Source: Hyphochytrium catenoides
Lineage: Eukaryota > Protista > Hyphochytriomycota
Direction of reading: 5' to 3'
DNA: 64,000 bases
NCBI GenBank assembly: GCA_900088475.1
Contig: FLMG01000308.1
Span: 1-64,000 of the forward strand
Shown in pieces: positions 50,026 to 61,440 of this stretch. A program made the position numbers and the translations under genes. Every line of letters starts with the position of its first letter. The stretch's first letter is position 1. The notes beneath the pieces are model-generated. The model had not been told where the DNA came from. It worked only from the letters and a program-made list of their open reading frames with translations, and searched no databases.

Positions 50026-51432
50026 TCAAGAAAGAATGGTTCTCAGGGAGACAAAGGTCGTCAACGTGACAGCTATCAGGCCGGATAAGGCAATGGCGGC
50101 GCTTCCAAATACTCTAGGACGCGAGAGCTCCTTATGAAAGAGGCTGAGGTGCATCAGTGGTGGGGCCACAAACCCTAAAAAACTCATACTTAAACCGCCT
50201 ACAAGGTTCGTGACCAAACCGAAGCTCTTGGCCTGGGATAATATCACCGTGAGCCCCACCAATATGCTGCGAATAATCTTCTCGCGGACACTTAGGCCAG
50301 CTGAGGGACAAACCTCTGCCGTTCGGACTCCACTTCCCTGATGGAGGGAAGACCCGAAAGTTGACTCCACCAGCTCTCGACCAGGCGCCAACGTTAGAGG
50401 ATAGGCGGACAGGAGACTAAAGCAGATAGCCAGCCTCACCGCCAACATCAGCCAGCTGTCCTTTGGCAGGTTGTCAAGGATGATGCTTCTCACATCCTTT
50501 CCGAAAGCCATGTATCCAAGTAGCCCAAAGGTAATGGCTAGTGCTGACACAACGGACGTACTCCAGGAGATCGCCTGCGAGAAATGCTTAGGCTCTTGCA
50601 TAGCACTCTCGACTGGAAAGACTAGGAAATGCACGCAGAAGAGAAAGCTGATGGTGCCAAAGGATAGCAGATAGGTTTCTGACTCAAGTCCACGTTGATT
50701 AGCTACGTCAAACAGGGACAGTTGAGGCTCCTGAAAGCCATACCACATGGTCGCCGCAATGCCAAAGGCCAAGCTTGCCAGACCGATGACGCTGACCATC
50801 GATAACTGTTTGAAAGAGTTCAATAGGGCCATTGCCATAACCACAAGCCCTGCCAGGCTGGCGAAGATCCAGCTTGATAATGATGGGTAAAGAGTGTTCA
50901 TAGTCTGAGTAAAGAAACTGATGTAGCTGGCCGAGACTCCCAGCGATGTGAAGACCAGTAGGCCGTAGGTCAACATATATCCTTGACTTCCAAACGTAAA
51001 CTCCATCGCGTCCAGATATGGGGATTTACCGCGGTTACTGCCATTGACATGCGTGCCTCGAAGTAAAGAGGAACTCTCATTGAGAACAGGGAGCCCCTCT
51101 TGCGCCTTGCGTCGTACCACCTCATTCTTGACTTGGATTAGCATGTCGGTGGTATAGGCAGAGAGGCATCCGACGACAGCGATGGTGACGATTGCTGCTA
51201 ATGGACCCATGTTTTTGAAAGCAAGCGGCAAAGCCAAGCAACCAGCTCCTATGATGGCTTTCATTAGGTTGATAGTGGTCTGGGTGAATGTAGTGCCTAG
51301 CTTAGCTTCATTACCCTTCCATTGGCTTGTTGACTGCACCAGCAGGTCTCGCTTTGTCGAATGCCCATCCTTAGCCCTTGACCCAAGACACAGGGGATGT
51401 ACTTGAGGGCTAAGAGTTAGGGGCGACGCCAT
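50026..51432 (-). CDS. Amino acid/auxin permease (AAAP, Aa_trans) family transporter, intronless
   Basis: TINLMKAIIGAGCLALPLAFKNMG, FPVESAMQEPKHF, FGLLGYMAFG and YPLTLAP, with about 11 hydrophobic segments. The first ATG is at 51432. Confidence 0.92.
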   Translation of the reverse strand: MASPLTLSPQVHPLCLGSRAKDGHSTKRDLLVQSTSQWKGNEAKLGTTFTQTTINLMKAIIGAGCLALPLAFKNMGPLAAIVTIAVVGCLSAYTTDMLIQVKNEVVRRKAQEGLPVLNESSSLLRGTHVNGSNRGKSPYLDAMEFTFGSQGYMLTYGLLVFTSLGVSASYISFFTQTMNTLYPSLSSWIFASLAGLVVMAMALLNSFKQLSMVSVIGLASLAFGIAATMWYGFQEPQLSLFDVANQRGLESETYLLSFGTISFLFCVHFLVFPVESAMQEPKHFSQAISWSTSVVSALAITFGLLGYMAFGKDVRSIILDNLPKDSWLMLAVRLAICFSLLSAYPLTLAPGRELVESTFGSSLHQGSGVRTAEVCPSAGLSVREKIIRSILVGLTVILSQAKSFGLVTNLVGGLSMSFLGFVAPPLMHLSLFHKELSRPRVFGSAAIALSGLIAVTLTTFVSLRTILS

Positions 51433-51790
51433 CTCTTCTGTTAATATCTCTGACGCCACCCTCTCTTCAGTGCTCTACTCTTCAACGTCTTCTCAAAGGG
51501 CCAAGAATCGTGGTCTGCTATGGTGTGCAGCGAGATAGAGATAAGAATCGCCGTTGTTCAAAGTCGAATTGATCTTGAAGCAGGAGCTGCAAAAGCTTGA
51601 GCAGCAGCAGGCCAAAGCTGTGCGTCTGTGTGTGTGATAATAAGAAAGTGGTGTCAAAGAAAGGAACCTGCTCTCCTGCTCAGTACTGCTGTCTCATTGC
51701 TTGCCTTTCCCCCCCTGTCGCCCTTGTGACAGCTGCCGCTCATTGATGCTCCTCCTCCAGCTCTTCCTAGTCCCAAGCTTCTGCGACGGC

Positions 51791-51840
51791 GGCGCTCCTG
51801 CCGCTCCTGCCGCTCCTGGCGCTCCTGCCGCTCCTGGCGC
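51791..51840. repeat. 9-bp minisatellite
   Basis: (GCTCCTG[C/G]C) about 5 times. Confidence 0.85.
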
Positions 51841-52699
51841 TTCGTTCGTTGGCTTTCGGTCTCCCTCTTCCCTGTTCTTATAATCTTCATTCACAAGGGG
51901 AGCCAATTATAGTCAAGTTACACATAATTGACACCATCAATTCTCGGCTCGCTAATTTGGCAGTGAGGGACCAGTTCTGCCCAAGGTTCAAGGTTATTTC
52001 ATACAATTTTGTCAATTTCTCCACCTAAGATATTCGTTAGTTGACAATTTTGATGAAGTTGACAAGTGAAGCTTTTTGTTCTTGGTGGGTGAAGGTCTCA
52101 GCTCTCAGCCCGGCAGCCAATCAGGAGGGACAACGCCTTGACATGCTCACTTCTCGCATGCTGATTGGTGGTGACGCTTCTCCTTCATCTCTCCAAAATA
52201 GAGCTACACGTGTTGGAGTGTGATACCCTTATAATCCCTAGGCATCGGTGGAGTAATAATGAGGTGAGGTATCTCTCTGTGTCGGTGATGATAGGATTGT
52301 AACGGCTCGCCGTCTGATCCTGATGAGTGCACTTTGCCATGAGATTGTCGCGCGTATCTTTGGAAGCCGCTAGCTGCTGAGTGACTTCTATTATGCGGGA
52401 GGGCGACGTATGGCTCTCACAACTGGAAGAACTCATCAAGGTAGAGGTGGATGAAAGACATCACGGAGGCCACAGCGCTTTGTTGGCCTACCTAGCCATG
52501 TAAAGAACTCTGGATGAAGACAAAAGATGACCTTCGTTATGTTACTGATAGGCAGGAGGTCCTACTCGTCGCTGTAGAACTCAAAAGAGGCAGTAATAAG
52601 GGAGCACTGCTACATGGTCGTCCCCCTGTCTGCTTGGTCTGAACGGGCACTCTTATTTTACAGAGTGGCCAAGGTTGTCAATAACCGAAACGAAAGCTG

Positions 52700-54976
52700 C
52701 TAATAGATATCTGGGATGCCAAGTATCGCAGGTTGACTTGCACAGGATAAGAGCACACTTTCTGTCACCTCCGGCTCATACCTCACTGTGTTCTTGGTTA
52801 TAACTGCGACACTTCCGTCAGCGTCCGTGACGGGCTGAAGCGAGAACCAGTTGACATAGCCCAGCACCCGGTGCTGCCCATACTGAAGCATCACAAAGCC
52901 TTCAGCGGCCAAGTTCATTGACTCGCACAACAGAGTCCCTGGAACTTTCGCACGGGTAATTTGATAGGCTTCGCCTTTAGCAAAAGCCAACCGGCATCTC
53001 TGCAAGACCTCGCACAGCGTCTGGCTCGAGGCCAATTTGTCCTCGCTCCTCTGGAGCATTGCACCGCGAAGGTGCATTCGGTTAAAGCCTGAGAACATGA
53101 AGGCTAACAGGCTCCCATTACGCATAAAGTAGGTCTGGACCACAGCCATGAGAGCTACAGCGCCCACCGCGCATATCGTGAACCAGCCGAACATAAAGTA
53201 GTATAAGGTGACGTAGCTCATCTGGGAGGTATAGACCTTGATGATGCTGTTCACATAGTGACGTACAACCTTGCCCACCCAGTTATAGCCCTGGAAAAGG
53301 TCCATACCACGGGAGTTGACATAGGTAGGAATGTAGGTCCAGACCACAGGGAGAGTGACCAGAAACAAGTCCTCCGCAAAGTCTACAGAGTAATCTTTAG
53401 ATACGATGATGTTGATCACCAGTGTACAGATCCTCAAGAGTAAAGCGCATGGCCAGATGATCCGAGCGATAGACATGTATTTGAGGACCACGATGATGTA
53501 CGCTGTGTTGCCCGTGTAGATCAGCTGTTGACAGAACATCACAATGTCTTCCACGCTCATGATGGTCTCAAAGGTCAGAAGGCTGAGGATGACCAAATCC
53601 CGACGTTCTCGCTTATGAATAACAAGTCCAAGGGATCGAGATGACGCCCAGTCCCACAGCTTACGGTTCTGGCCTGCCAGTGCAACGTAAAGAGGGAAAT
53701 AGATCGACCGCATACGATAGGCAAAGACCACAAGGAGAATGGCGACTCTCGCATAGTCCTTGTACCAAGATCGGATCTGCGTCAGGTCGCCCTCTGAGTA
53801 GTGATGGGTGCTGATAGTAACATTCATTCCGTCCTCCGTCCATGTCATATTGTTATCCCTCGCTGTGGACGTCGTGCGAGCGGTCCATGGCGCTGCTGTG
53901 TCGCCGTACCAAGCATACGTTGTGATGTGGGTCGCTGCTCCGCCGATGTGGATGTCAGTAGAGCAGCCTAGAAGTTCCTCGAGGCTGAAGACCGGCGTTC
54001 TATAGTCGAGAGCCAGGCTAGTGAAGGCCAGGGTGCCGCCGTCTTTAGAGATATTGGCAATCAGCACCTCTTGAATATCCGTCTTCTTGTCGAAGATATA
54101 AAAGCCGCCGAACTCTCGACACCATTTTGATGCCTCAGTCCGGCTGATGCGATAGTTGATGACTCTTCCCTTCATTGTGGTGTAGGAGTCACACGGAAAG
54201 ACATCTCCCTCGCCGACTAGCTGCAGACAAGATCTGCTCAATGAGCTGGTTTGCACTGACCATTGGGTGGTCTTATACCGCTCACTAGGGATCCAGATAT
54301 GCTGGCTATCCTTGGTCGTGCAGTTGCCAAAGAAGTTTCCAATGTGCTGATTAGCTTCTTTATCAAGAGGATAGTATGAGCGGCAACTGCCACCAGCCAA
54401 GGATCCTGTCCCATACACTGGGAGCTCGTAGTAGCAACCCTTAAAATTCTTTTCATCCATCTTACACGGAAGAGCATCCTCTATCCGGAAGACATTCTTA
54501 ACCCGCAGCTCCCAGACAGCCTCCTGATTGTCGCTGTCAGTATACAGATAGTAGCCATACAGCGTCTTTGCCGGGTCCAGGATGGAGTTGAACGTGGACA
54601 TAAGCCACATAAAGAAGCCAAAGAGTATCAGAAGGTTCTGCAGAAGTCTCCGTAATGGGTTAGTCGTTCGGCCTCCCGCTGGACCCTTCCGTGAGCGATA
54701 CGCATCGCCGCCGCCTCCGCTTGTTGCCGAGTTGCTCTGGTTCTTGTTATTGTTCAGGTTAGCTGCTCCTCCTGCTGCTGCGGATGAATTGAAGAGAGAG
54801 GAGGAGACGGGCTCCACGCGCGACATATTAGTGGTACTCTTCTCTTCGTCTTCAGCGGTCAGTGTTGGTTGTTTTGTTGTTTCTTCTATGGCACTGGCGC
54901 TGACTTTGATGCGTGACCCTCTCAGCGTGCCCAGTCGACTTGTCGATGGAGCAGGTGGTCCTAACGATAAGCCCAT
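52700..54976 (-). CDS. Uncharacterised multi-pass membrane protein: one N-terminal TM, Cys-containing ectodomain, about 5-6 C-terminal TMs; intronless
   Basis: Continuous 758-aa ORF. TM LLILFGFFMWLMSTF, an ectodomain of about 270 aa with roughly ten Cys and NxS/T sequons, then several hydrophobic helices. Confidence 0.85.
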   Translation of the reverse strand: MGLSLGPPAPSTSRLGTLRGSRIKVSASAIEETTKQPTLTAEDEEKSTTNMSRVEPVSSSLFNSSAAAGGAANLNNNKNQSNSATSGGGGDAYRSRKGPAGGRTTNPLRRLLQNLLILFGFFMWLMSTFNSILDPAKTLYGYYLYTDSDNQEAVWELRVKNVFRIEDALPCKMDEKNFKGCYYELPVYGTGSLAGGSCRSYYPLDKEANQHIGNFFGNCTTKDSQHIWIPSERYKTTQWSVQTSSLSRSCLQLVGEGDVFPCDSYTTMKGRVINYRISRTEASKWCREFGGFYIFDKKTDIQEVLIANISKDGGTLAFTSLALDYRTPVFSLEELLGCSTDIHIGGAATHITTYAWYGDTAAPWTARTTSTARDNNMTWTEDGMNVTISTHHYSEGDLTQIRSWYKDYARVAILLVVFAYRMRSIYFPLYVALAGQNRKLWDWASSRSLGLVIHKRERRDLVILSLLTFETIMSVEDIVMFCQQLIYTGNTAYIIVVLKYMSIARIIWPCALLLRICTLVINIIVSKDYSVDFAEDLFLVTLPVVWTYIPTYVNSRGMDLFQGYNWVGKVVRHYVNSIIKVYTSQMSYVTLYYFMFGWFTICAVGAVALMAVVQTYFMRNGSLLAFMFSGFNRMHLRGAMLQRSEDKLASSQTLCEVLQRCRLAFAKGEAYQITRAKVPGTLLCESMNLAAEGFVMLQYGQHRVLGYVNWFSLQPVTDADGSVAVITKNTVRYEPEVTESVLLSCASQPAILGIPDIY

Positions 54977-57399
54977 GCTTCTAGGCTGTTAGTTCTTTTT
55001 TAAGCTGACGCTCCCGTCAGCAGCGAAAGGAGGACAATAACGTGAGGCGAAGAAGGGTGCAGCAACAGATGCAACGCCTAGACTATTGACCAGAAGATCC
55101 ATCGTCTGAATGAAGACGAAAGCTACAAAGCTTATTGCACATCAAGGATGTACCGGCGCCAAATTGAAGAATGACAACATGGAACCAAACGATGGAGCTG
55201 TCAATGTCAGTCGGGCGAGAGAAGTAAGAGGCCACTCTCTCTGGCCCCTCGCTCTATGTCTCCCATCATCACTGTTTTCTGCGAAGACGGAAGAATAACC
55301 ACCAATGCATATTTCCCATATTTACTAGCGGCTACGGTCACCACCGACTTGGTCACGCCAACCGCTTGAGTTTATAGAAGAAGCTGTGTTGATGATATGC
55401 TTAGGTAACCCACTCCGTACAATGTTCTGTCTCTCTCATCAAACGCCCATCTCCCTCCTCCCCTTTGCCGACGAGGGAGGAACGAAGGGAGGAAGATTTA
55501 TGGGGCGGTGGGTCTCAGTGGGGAGAAGAGGAGGAAAGGCTCCATCTTGCCTGCAATTGTTGCTCTCATGATGTGAGCTAATGAGCTAGGAAGTGATAAA
55601 GAATAGAAACTGCTGTCCTTCGCCGGAAAAGGGAGACAGGCTCGCTAGCAACCTTAACATAGTAGCAGTGGCTGGACGGAACCTTGTTGTGAACAGGAGG
55701 GAGGGGCAGGTACATCCATCTTTCCTTCAGCCAGGCCTGTTCTTCAGCGTAATAACGGCAAACAGAGGCAAGTAGGGCCACGTCTCATCATCTCCTCTGC
55801 TAACCTCTGCCTGGATGAGGGAAGAAGTCAGTAGTTAGAAACTGGAGAAGGAGGAGGAGAGGCCGATGGGATGATGATAGGATGACAAAGACGGAGGAGG
55901 AGCGACGAGAGGCACTAGGCAGAACAAGGAGTTGAGCTAGCTCAGGGATGAAACGGTGTCATAAAGTAAGGGACAACAAGCCTGGTAGTACAGCCGTCAA
56001 AGCGCGAGGAGGTGGGCGTTTCAGGGCCTTTATAACGGCCAGCTTTGCCCCTTCCGCCTCCCACCTGGTACAGTACATTATCTATGGAGTCGCTCCTCCT
56101 ATTGCTGTCTTCTACCTGCCATTTGCTGTTTCTTTCATCAGTGTCATCATGATCTAGAGGAAGGAAGAAGGACCGTGATGATGTTGATGGTCATTATGTC
56201 CCGGCGTAGCTCCTCTCTCTTCTGACTGACTCTCGTTACGCTTGGCGGCGAGAAGCCTAACATAATGATGGTGCTACTGGTGCCAACTGCTGCTGGCTGT
56301 TGCTTGCTTTTATTAACAGCTGAAATGACAATGGTATAATCTATCCGTGGTTCCTCTGGGTCTACAGATGATGTCAGCAGAGAGGCAGTTGTTCTCGTCA
56401 CTATATCAGGGCTCGCTATAGCAGTGGAACACATCATTTGCCTTGTTTTCTTCAGGATTCAACCTCACATCGCTAGGTCGCTGGCAAGTTTTATGATGCT
56501 TGATAGTAGCATCAGGTTATTCATCAATCGTACGCCCTCCTCTTCACTTCTCCTCGTCTTTCTTACACTTACTACTGCTTACCCCTTCAACAGACGACGG
56601 TCGTTGTTATTGTTGAATAAGGAACATGCTGGTGTTCCCTGCCACCACCAGTGCCAGGCAAAAAGGTCCAGATGCCTGTTATCTCTCTGCGCTTGCTTTT
56701 ATCGTCAGTCTCATCGGTCCTCAGCCATCATAATAAACATGATACTCTGAGTTGGCACCACTAGTGCAAGCCCTTGCTGCCTGCAGCGAAAGTTGACAGC
56801 TGTTGCCATGCCTTACTCTGATCTCAGGGTGGCAGCAGATAGACGACAGACAAGGAAGACAGAAGGTTACTAGAAGATGACGCCGCCTAAGACGCACGAA
56901 AAAGAGGAGGCAGGAGCAGCAAGAACTTGATATCGATGCGACCCCTATAGTTTCAGTGGCCAAGGCACCGGCCACAGAGCCTAAACCTGAGAAAGATTAG
57001 ACCCCGCCGGCCCGACTAATCTACGACGGAAGACGCTGCTAGGAAGTGTTCTTGGCATACAAAGTCATCATCCGCGGGCTAATAAACTCCTGATCCCACG
57101 AGCTCCTATCCCCGAACGAGAAGAATGTTGAAGACTAGAGTCAACCTCAGCATCAGCTTGCTTTTATTGCCCTTCTCGTAGCCTGTGATGACTGAGTTGT
57201 CTCCTCTCTCTCCACAAATGATATGCAGGAAGGCCCATCATCAGGAGGACTGTCGAAACTCTTATTCTATCCAAGGAGTAGTTAGCAGTGACCACCTGGG
57301 CCACCGTCACGTGCATAACTAGGGTAGCTAGCCGCGCGAGCTCCTCTTGTCGATATAATAGGAGTGAACGAGGAGGACGGGCATGTTTAATTGTTTTCC

Positions 57400-57850
57400 T
57401 TCCCTTTGTTGCTGAGCTCTTTACTAGAAGGATCTGAGGGTTACCGAGATATGTAGCTAGCAATCACCTCCAACCTTCTTCAGATCTCGTGCCATCTTGG
57501 ATGGCCCATGTTAATAAAGAGACGGCTTCTTGTTGCGTCCATAATGCGGATTATAGACAGGAGGAGGATGCGGCGAAGAAAGAGGGTCTATGTGTGAGAC
57601 ATTACTCTGGCAACGACACCAGTCTTCTTCCGTTTAGTGGCTCTTTGCTGTTGGAGGCTTAAGCTTTATTGAGATTATATTACTGACGAGCAGGAAGTTT
57701 TGCGACCTATACAAAGCAAAGGTGTAGACTTCTGCAGATAATATCGTTCTTCTTGTTGAGAAGCAAGGTTCATTGCCTTCCTCTCACAGTCACTCAGCCG
57801 CAGCAAAGGCCAGCCAAGTAGTAGGAGAATAATAGAGCCAAAACCAGGAA
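57400..57850 (+). mobile_element. Possible decayed non-LTR (LINE-like) reverse transcriptase remnant
   Basis: LLLEA*ALLRL (~57645), TSADNIVLL (57728-57754, cf. YADDIVLL) and NRAKT (~57830) occur in RT order within a gene-free, stop-rich region. Confidence 0.25.
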
Positions 57851-59380
57851 GAATCAGACCCCGCAGGATGATGGGAATGATGGAATTGAGAGCTTCAGGA
57901 CTATGGTAAAAAGAATATGACCATCGCGCAACTAACTAAACCTGGAAACTGGCCTTCCGAAGAAGCATCATCAGTTAATCGATCGGTGCGTGAGGGCCGC
58001 TGCCCTTGGTCTAGACCTCTATTCGACCTGACCTCGTCAAACAGGATGGCCAGCGGTAGCTAAGCAGCACTCACTAACGACGCTCACTCATCCAACGCAT
58101 GCTGAATAGCAGCATCAAGAATAGAATGAGTTGAAGATGATGGTGGAGTTTCTCTTCCTTAGTCCTGTGTCTGACCATATTGTGACGTCCGAGTCCACAC
58201 CCTTCCTACCAAAGCTTAAAAGGAAGAAGGCCCCGTATCAACAGCCATTGACTGTAGATTCTAGTATTGTTGTCGTTGCACTGCATCACCGACCCGGCGG
58301 TTGTCTTCCATGATGTTCTAATCTTGTACGACCTCCTTCTCCTGGTGGTTGCTGCCTGCATCATTCTCTTCCCTCATGACATTATCTTTGCCTCTGCTCT
58401 ATCTTACATCTATCATCTTCTCTTCCTTCCCTGACCATATCTCTTCTCGTCGATATAGTTCTACTTCGCCGCCTGCTTCTTCCCTTTCGTTCGTCAACCT
58501 CATGGCCAAGCGCCACCACGACGAAGACCAGAAGAAGCCCCAAAAGAGTGGCGACGACAGCGCCAGCGCCAGGCAGCAAGCAGTCGGGCCGATAGGTTCA
58601 GAAACTGCCGCGACGTTTGGTGTCGTCGCCTGTTCATCTCACAGGAACCAACTGGGCTGAGACAGAGTGGACAAGATGGTAGAGAGGTAGAGGAGGGAGA
58701 TTGGAAGGGCTAGAGATGCGTCTAAGAGTAACTGCCTGTGTGTTTGTCCCTGTACGAGAGGTGTATGTCGCCGCCCCAACACCGAGTGCGTCCGACCGCC
58801 GTGATGCTGTCGTTCCAGGCTAAGCCGCAGCGACAACTCCTTTAATAGTAGCGGTTCAGAATAAGCTTCTATATTATGGCAGAATAACTTTATTATGAGC
58901 TGGTTTATCCCATATCCTCCGCCAAAAAAGTGTGAAGTCTTAGGATCTGCTGTGGGGTCAGGTCAGGGCTTTTCAGAACCGGTGCCCTCGAGACAGAGCG
59001 GTATAAGAGAGAGACAGATCAGAGGGGATAAAAATATACTAAGGGTGTACAGGTCTTATTGTTCAGACAGAGGGGTACATAGATCTTTATGACGGGATAT
59101 ACATAGAGGAGTGCTTCGTTAGGCTGACGAAAAGAAGGAGAGGAGGGGAGAGGACGGACAAGTGGGCAGTGTATGGGCTCAAGGACGGGCCAGAGAGGAA
59201 GAGTAAACAGAGCCAAAGGAAGGAAAGGTAGAGGAAAAAGATGACGCCACATTCAGAAGCGTGATAAAGCGGTTTATCCTTAGGTAGGAAGGTGCCATAA
59301 TATTAGTCTTTCCGCTCTGGATACGGAATTGTATCAGAGAGATAACAGAAGGTAAACCTCAAGCACTGACAGTGCAGTGG

Positions 59381-59381
59381 A

Positions 59382-59427
<46 letters not shown>

Positions 59428-59545
59428 GAGAGAGAGAGAGAAGAGAGAGAGAGAGCGAGCAAGCAGAGAAGAGAGAGGGCGAGCGGAGAAAAGAGAGAAA
59501 GAAAGAGAAGAGAAAAGAAACGAGAGAGAGAGAACGAGAGAGAAA
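59381..59545. repeat. (GA)n microsatellite
   Basis: Imperfect GA run. Confidence 0.9.
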
Positions 59546-59999
59546 GCGATGAAACTGGCTGTTGCTGTTGGGTCAGGTCTGGCTGGGCCCAAGTGCCGCC
59601 GTCACTTCGCGCCTCGAAAGCACTCGACCTTGCTCTCCGACAATCTCATACTTGTCTGCTATCCGCTATCTTACTACTGAACTAACTCTCTGGTGCAGCT
59701 CCCGTTCTCTCTACGACCCCTGCAGATGAGAAAGGTTCGATGAGCTTCTGGCTGATGGGTTGGAGTCTTCTGAGCAGGGAATAGCTATAGTCCTAGCTCT
59801 TTCTGATCATTGCTTTACCTCTTGAGGTCCCGCGTGCCATCTGAAATCTGCGAATTGACTGTAGAAGGCGAAAGAGCAGGGCTTTTGAGTATTGGTGTCA
59901 CTCCTGCAAAGCCTCTCTAGCAGATTCTACCCTTTGGCCGTGGCCGATAGCTGTCCTCCTTCACGGGCTGAAGGACTCTTACCCTGCTTTGACGAAGCT

Positions 60000-60998
60000 A
60001 TGAGAGCTTGCGCACGAGCGACGCTGAGCGCTTTGCTTCTCGGTAGCGTCCTCCCTGCGCTCACCGGCGCTCAGCAAAGCGCGGCGCAGATCTGCTCTTT
60101 GCCCTGTGACAGATCAAACAGTCAGGACATCTGCAACCCCTCCACAAATCCCGGTTCGCCGTGCCCTCCTTGCCGTGTACCCAAGACCACGGTTGGAAGC
60201 GTAGCATGGGATTGTTACGCAAGACAGGCAGGCAGAAGTGACTGCTCGGTGCTCTTCGGCGCCCCGGCACCTAAGGCCGTAGACTGCAGCAACGTTGACA
60301 CGTTGGCAACAACCACTATCGCCCCCACCACCTCCACATCTGGGCCGACTACATCTCAACCTTCAACCAAGGCACCTACAGAGAGCTCCGAGTTAACAGA
60401 AAAGGTGGAGAAGCAGGCTTCTGAGGGGGAAAAGAGCTTCTTCTCCAGTACAACGGGCATCCTGGTTGTCGTCGGATCCGTCATTGCGTTGCTTCTTGTT
60501 GGGTTCTTTGTTGTCAGACACTTTAGGGACGGTTCATACCGATCAGACAGTGAAAGCTCCAGAGCGTACTTTGTGAGCCCGAAGACGAAGCAGATGATGG
60601 CTTCTACGCCAGATGTAGATAGGACGCCCCTTGGTGGAGCCCCTTACCAGGTTCTGCAGCAGCAACAGCAAGTGCCAGCTATTTTCTATGGCCGGCCGGA
60701 TCCTTCACCCGTGAAGTCAGATGGCACTCTCTATGGGGTTGTGCCACCGCCCCCTCCCCACGTAGCGGCGCAGCAGGCGGCGGAGGGCTATGGTCAAGAT
60801 GAAGTAACGCTAGCAGATAGAATCGCCCAGCTGAGGAACCGGAAGGCCTCCGCAGAGAGCATTGAGTTAGGGCTAGACCGGGTAAATGCTGATGAACGGG
60901 AGTCTGAAATGTCCGCGTCCGAGGTGGAGATTGACATGATACGAGCTACGAGAACGGACAGGACCCGGGCGTACTCTGCGGAGTCTACAGAGCTGTAG
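60000..60998 (+). CDS. Type I membrane protein: signal peptide, 8-Cys domain, Thr/Ser stalk, TM, Pro/Gln/Tyr-rich tail; intronless
   Basis: MRACARATLSALLLGSVLPALTGA; ICSLPC..C..CPPC..C..C..C; TTTIAPTTSTSGPTTS; TM GILVVVGSVIALLLVGFFVV. Confidence 0.8.
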   Translation: MRACARATLSALLLGSVLPALTGAQQSAAQICSLPCDRSNSQDICNPSTNPGSPCPPCRVPKTTVGSVAWDCYARQAGRSDCSVLFGAPAPKAVDCSNVDTLATTTIAPTTSTSGPTTSQPSTKAPTESSELTEKVEKQASEGEKSFFSSTTGILVVVGSVIALLLVGFFVVRHFRDGSYRSDSESSRAYFVSPKTKQMMASTPDVDRTPLGGAPYQVLQQQQQVPAIFYGRPDPSPVKSDGTLYGVVPPPPPHVAAQQAAEGYGQDEVTLADRIAQLRNRKASAESIELGLDRVNADERESEMSASEVEIDMIRATRTDRTRAYSAESTEL

Positions 60999-61182
60999 GA
61001 CGCGGTCTGCATCATCTCTGTCATGTCTGTACATAGCAGGTTTTGTTACTAGATGTGCCATATATGTGTTAGCATGGAAGGAGAGGATAGAGAGAGTGAG
61101 AAGGCACGAACTGGAGCGCGAGAGCAGTGCGTCAAGCTAGTACTCCGTCCCTATCTGTTAAGAAGTCTATAGAGCTGTCTGG

Positions 61183-61440
61183 CTATCGTTCTATTGCGTA
61201 CACCACCCTTCTCCTTTGCTTGTCCTTGATATAAAGATAGAGAGCGGTGGATGAGAGAGCAATGGTAGAAGCTTTCACCAGGCGCCATCGCCACTTTCTC
61301 CTCTCTGCCCTTTCAATGAGCTTCTGCGCCTCAAGCAGGGCCTCTTGTTCCCTCTCGCGTCGCCACCTCCAGAAGATGAAAGCGAGGTATGAGGAGACTC
61401 CGACAGCTGTCACAGTTAGCAGCTGGCTCCTGAGAGACAT
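61183..61440 (-). CDS. Small (85 aa) protein with two hydrophobic segments
   Basis: The ATG sits in an AACAACATG context. Organisation is TM, charged helix, TM, basic tail. Confidence 0.55.
   Translation of the reverse strand: MSLRSQLLTVTAVGVSSYLAFIFWRWRREREQEALLEAQKLIERAERRKWRWRLVKASTIALSSTALYLYIKDKQRRRVVYAIER

Noticed and set aside
51694-51906. Collagen-like GAA/GAP micro-ORF
   Set aside because: It is explained by the 9-bp minisatellite and has no other coding evidence.
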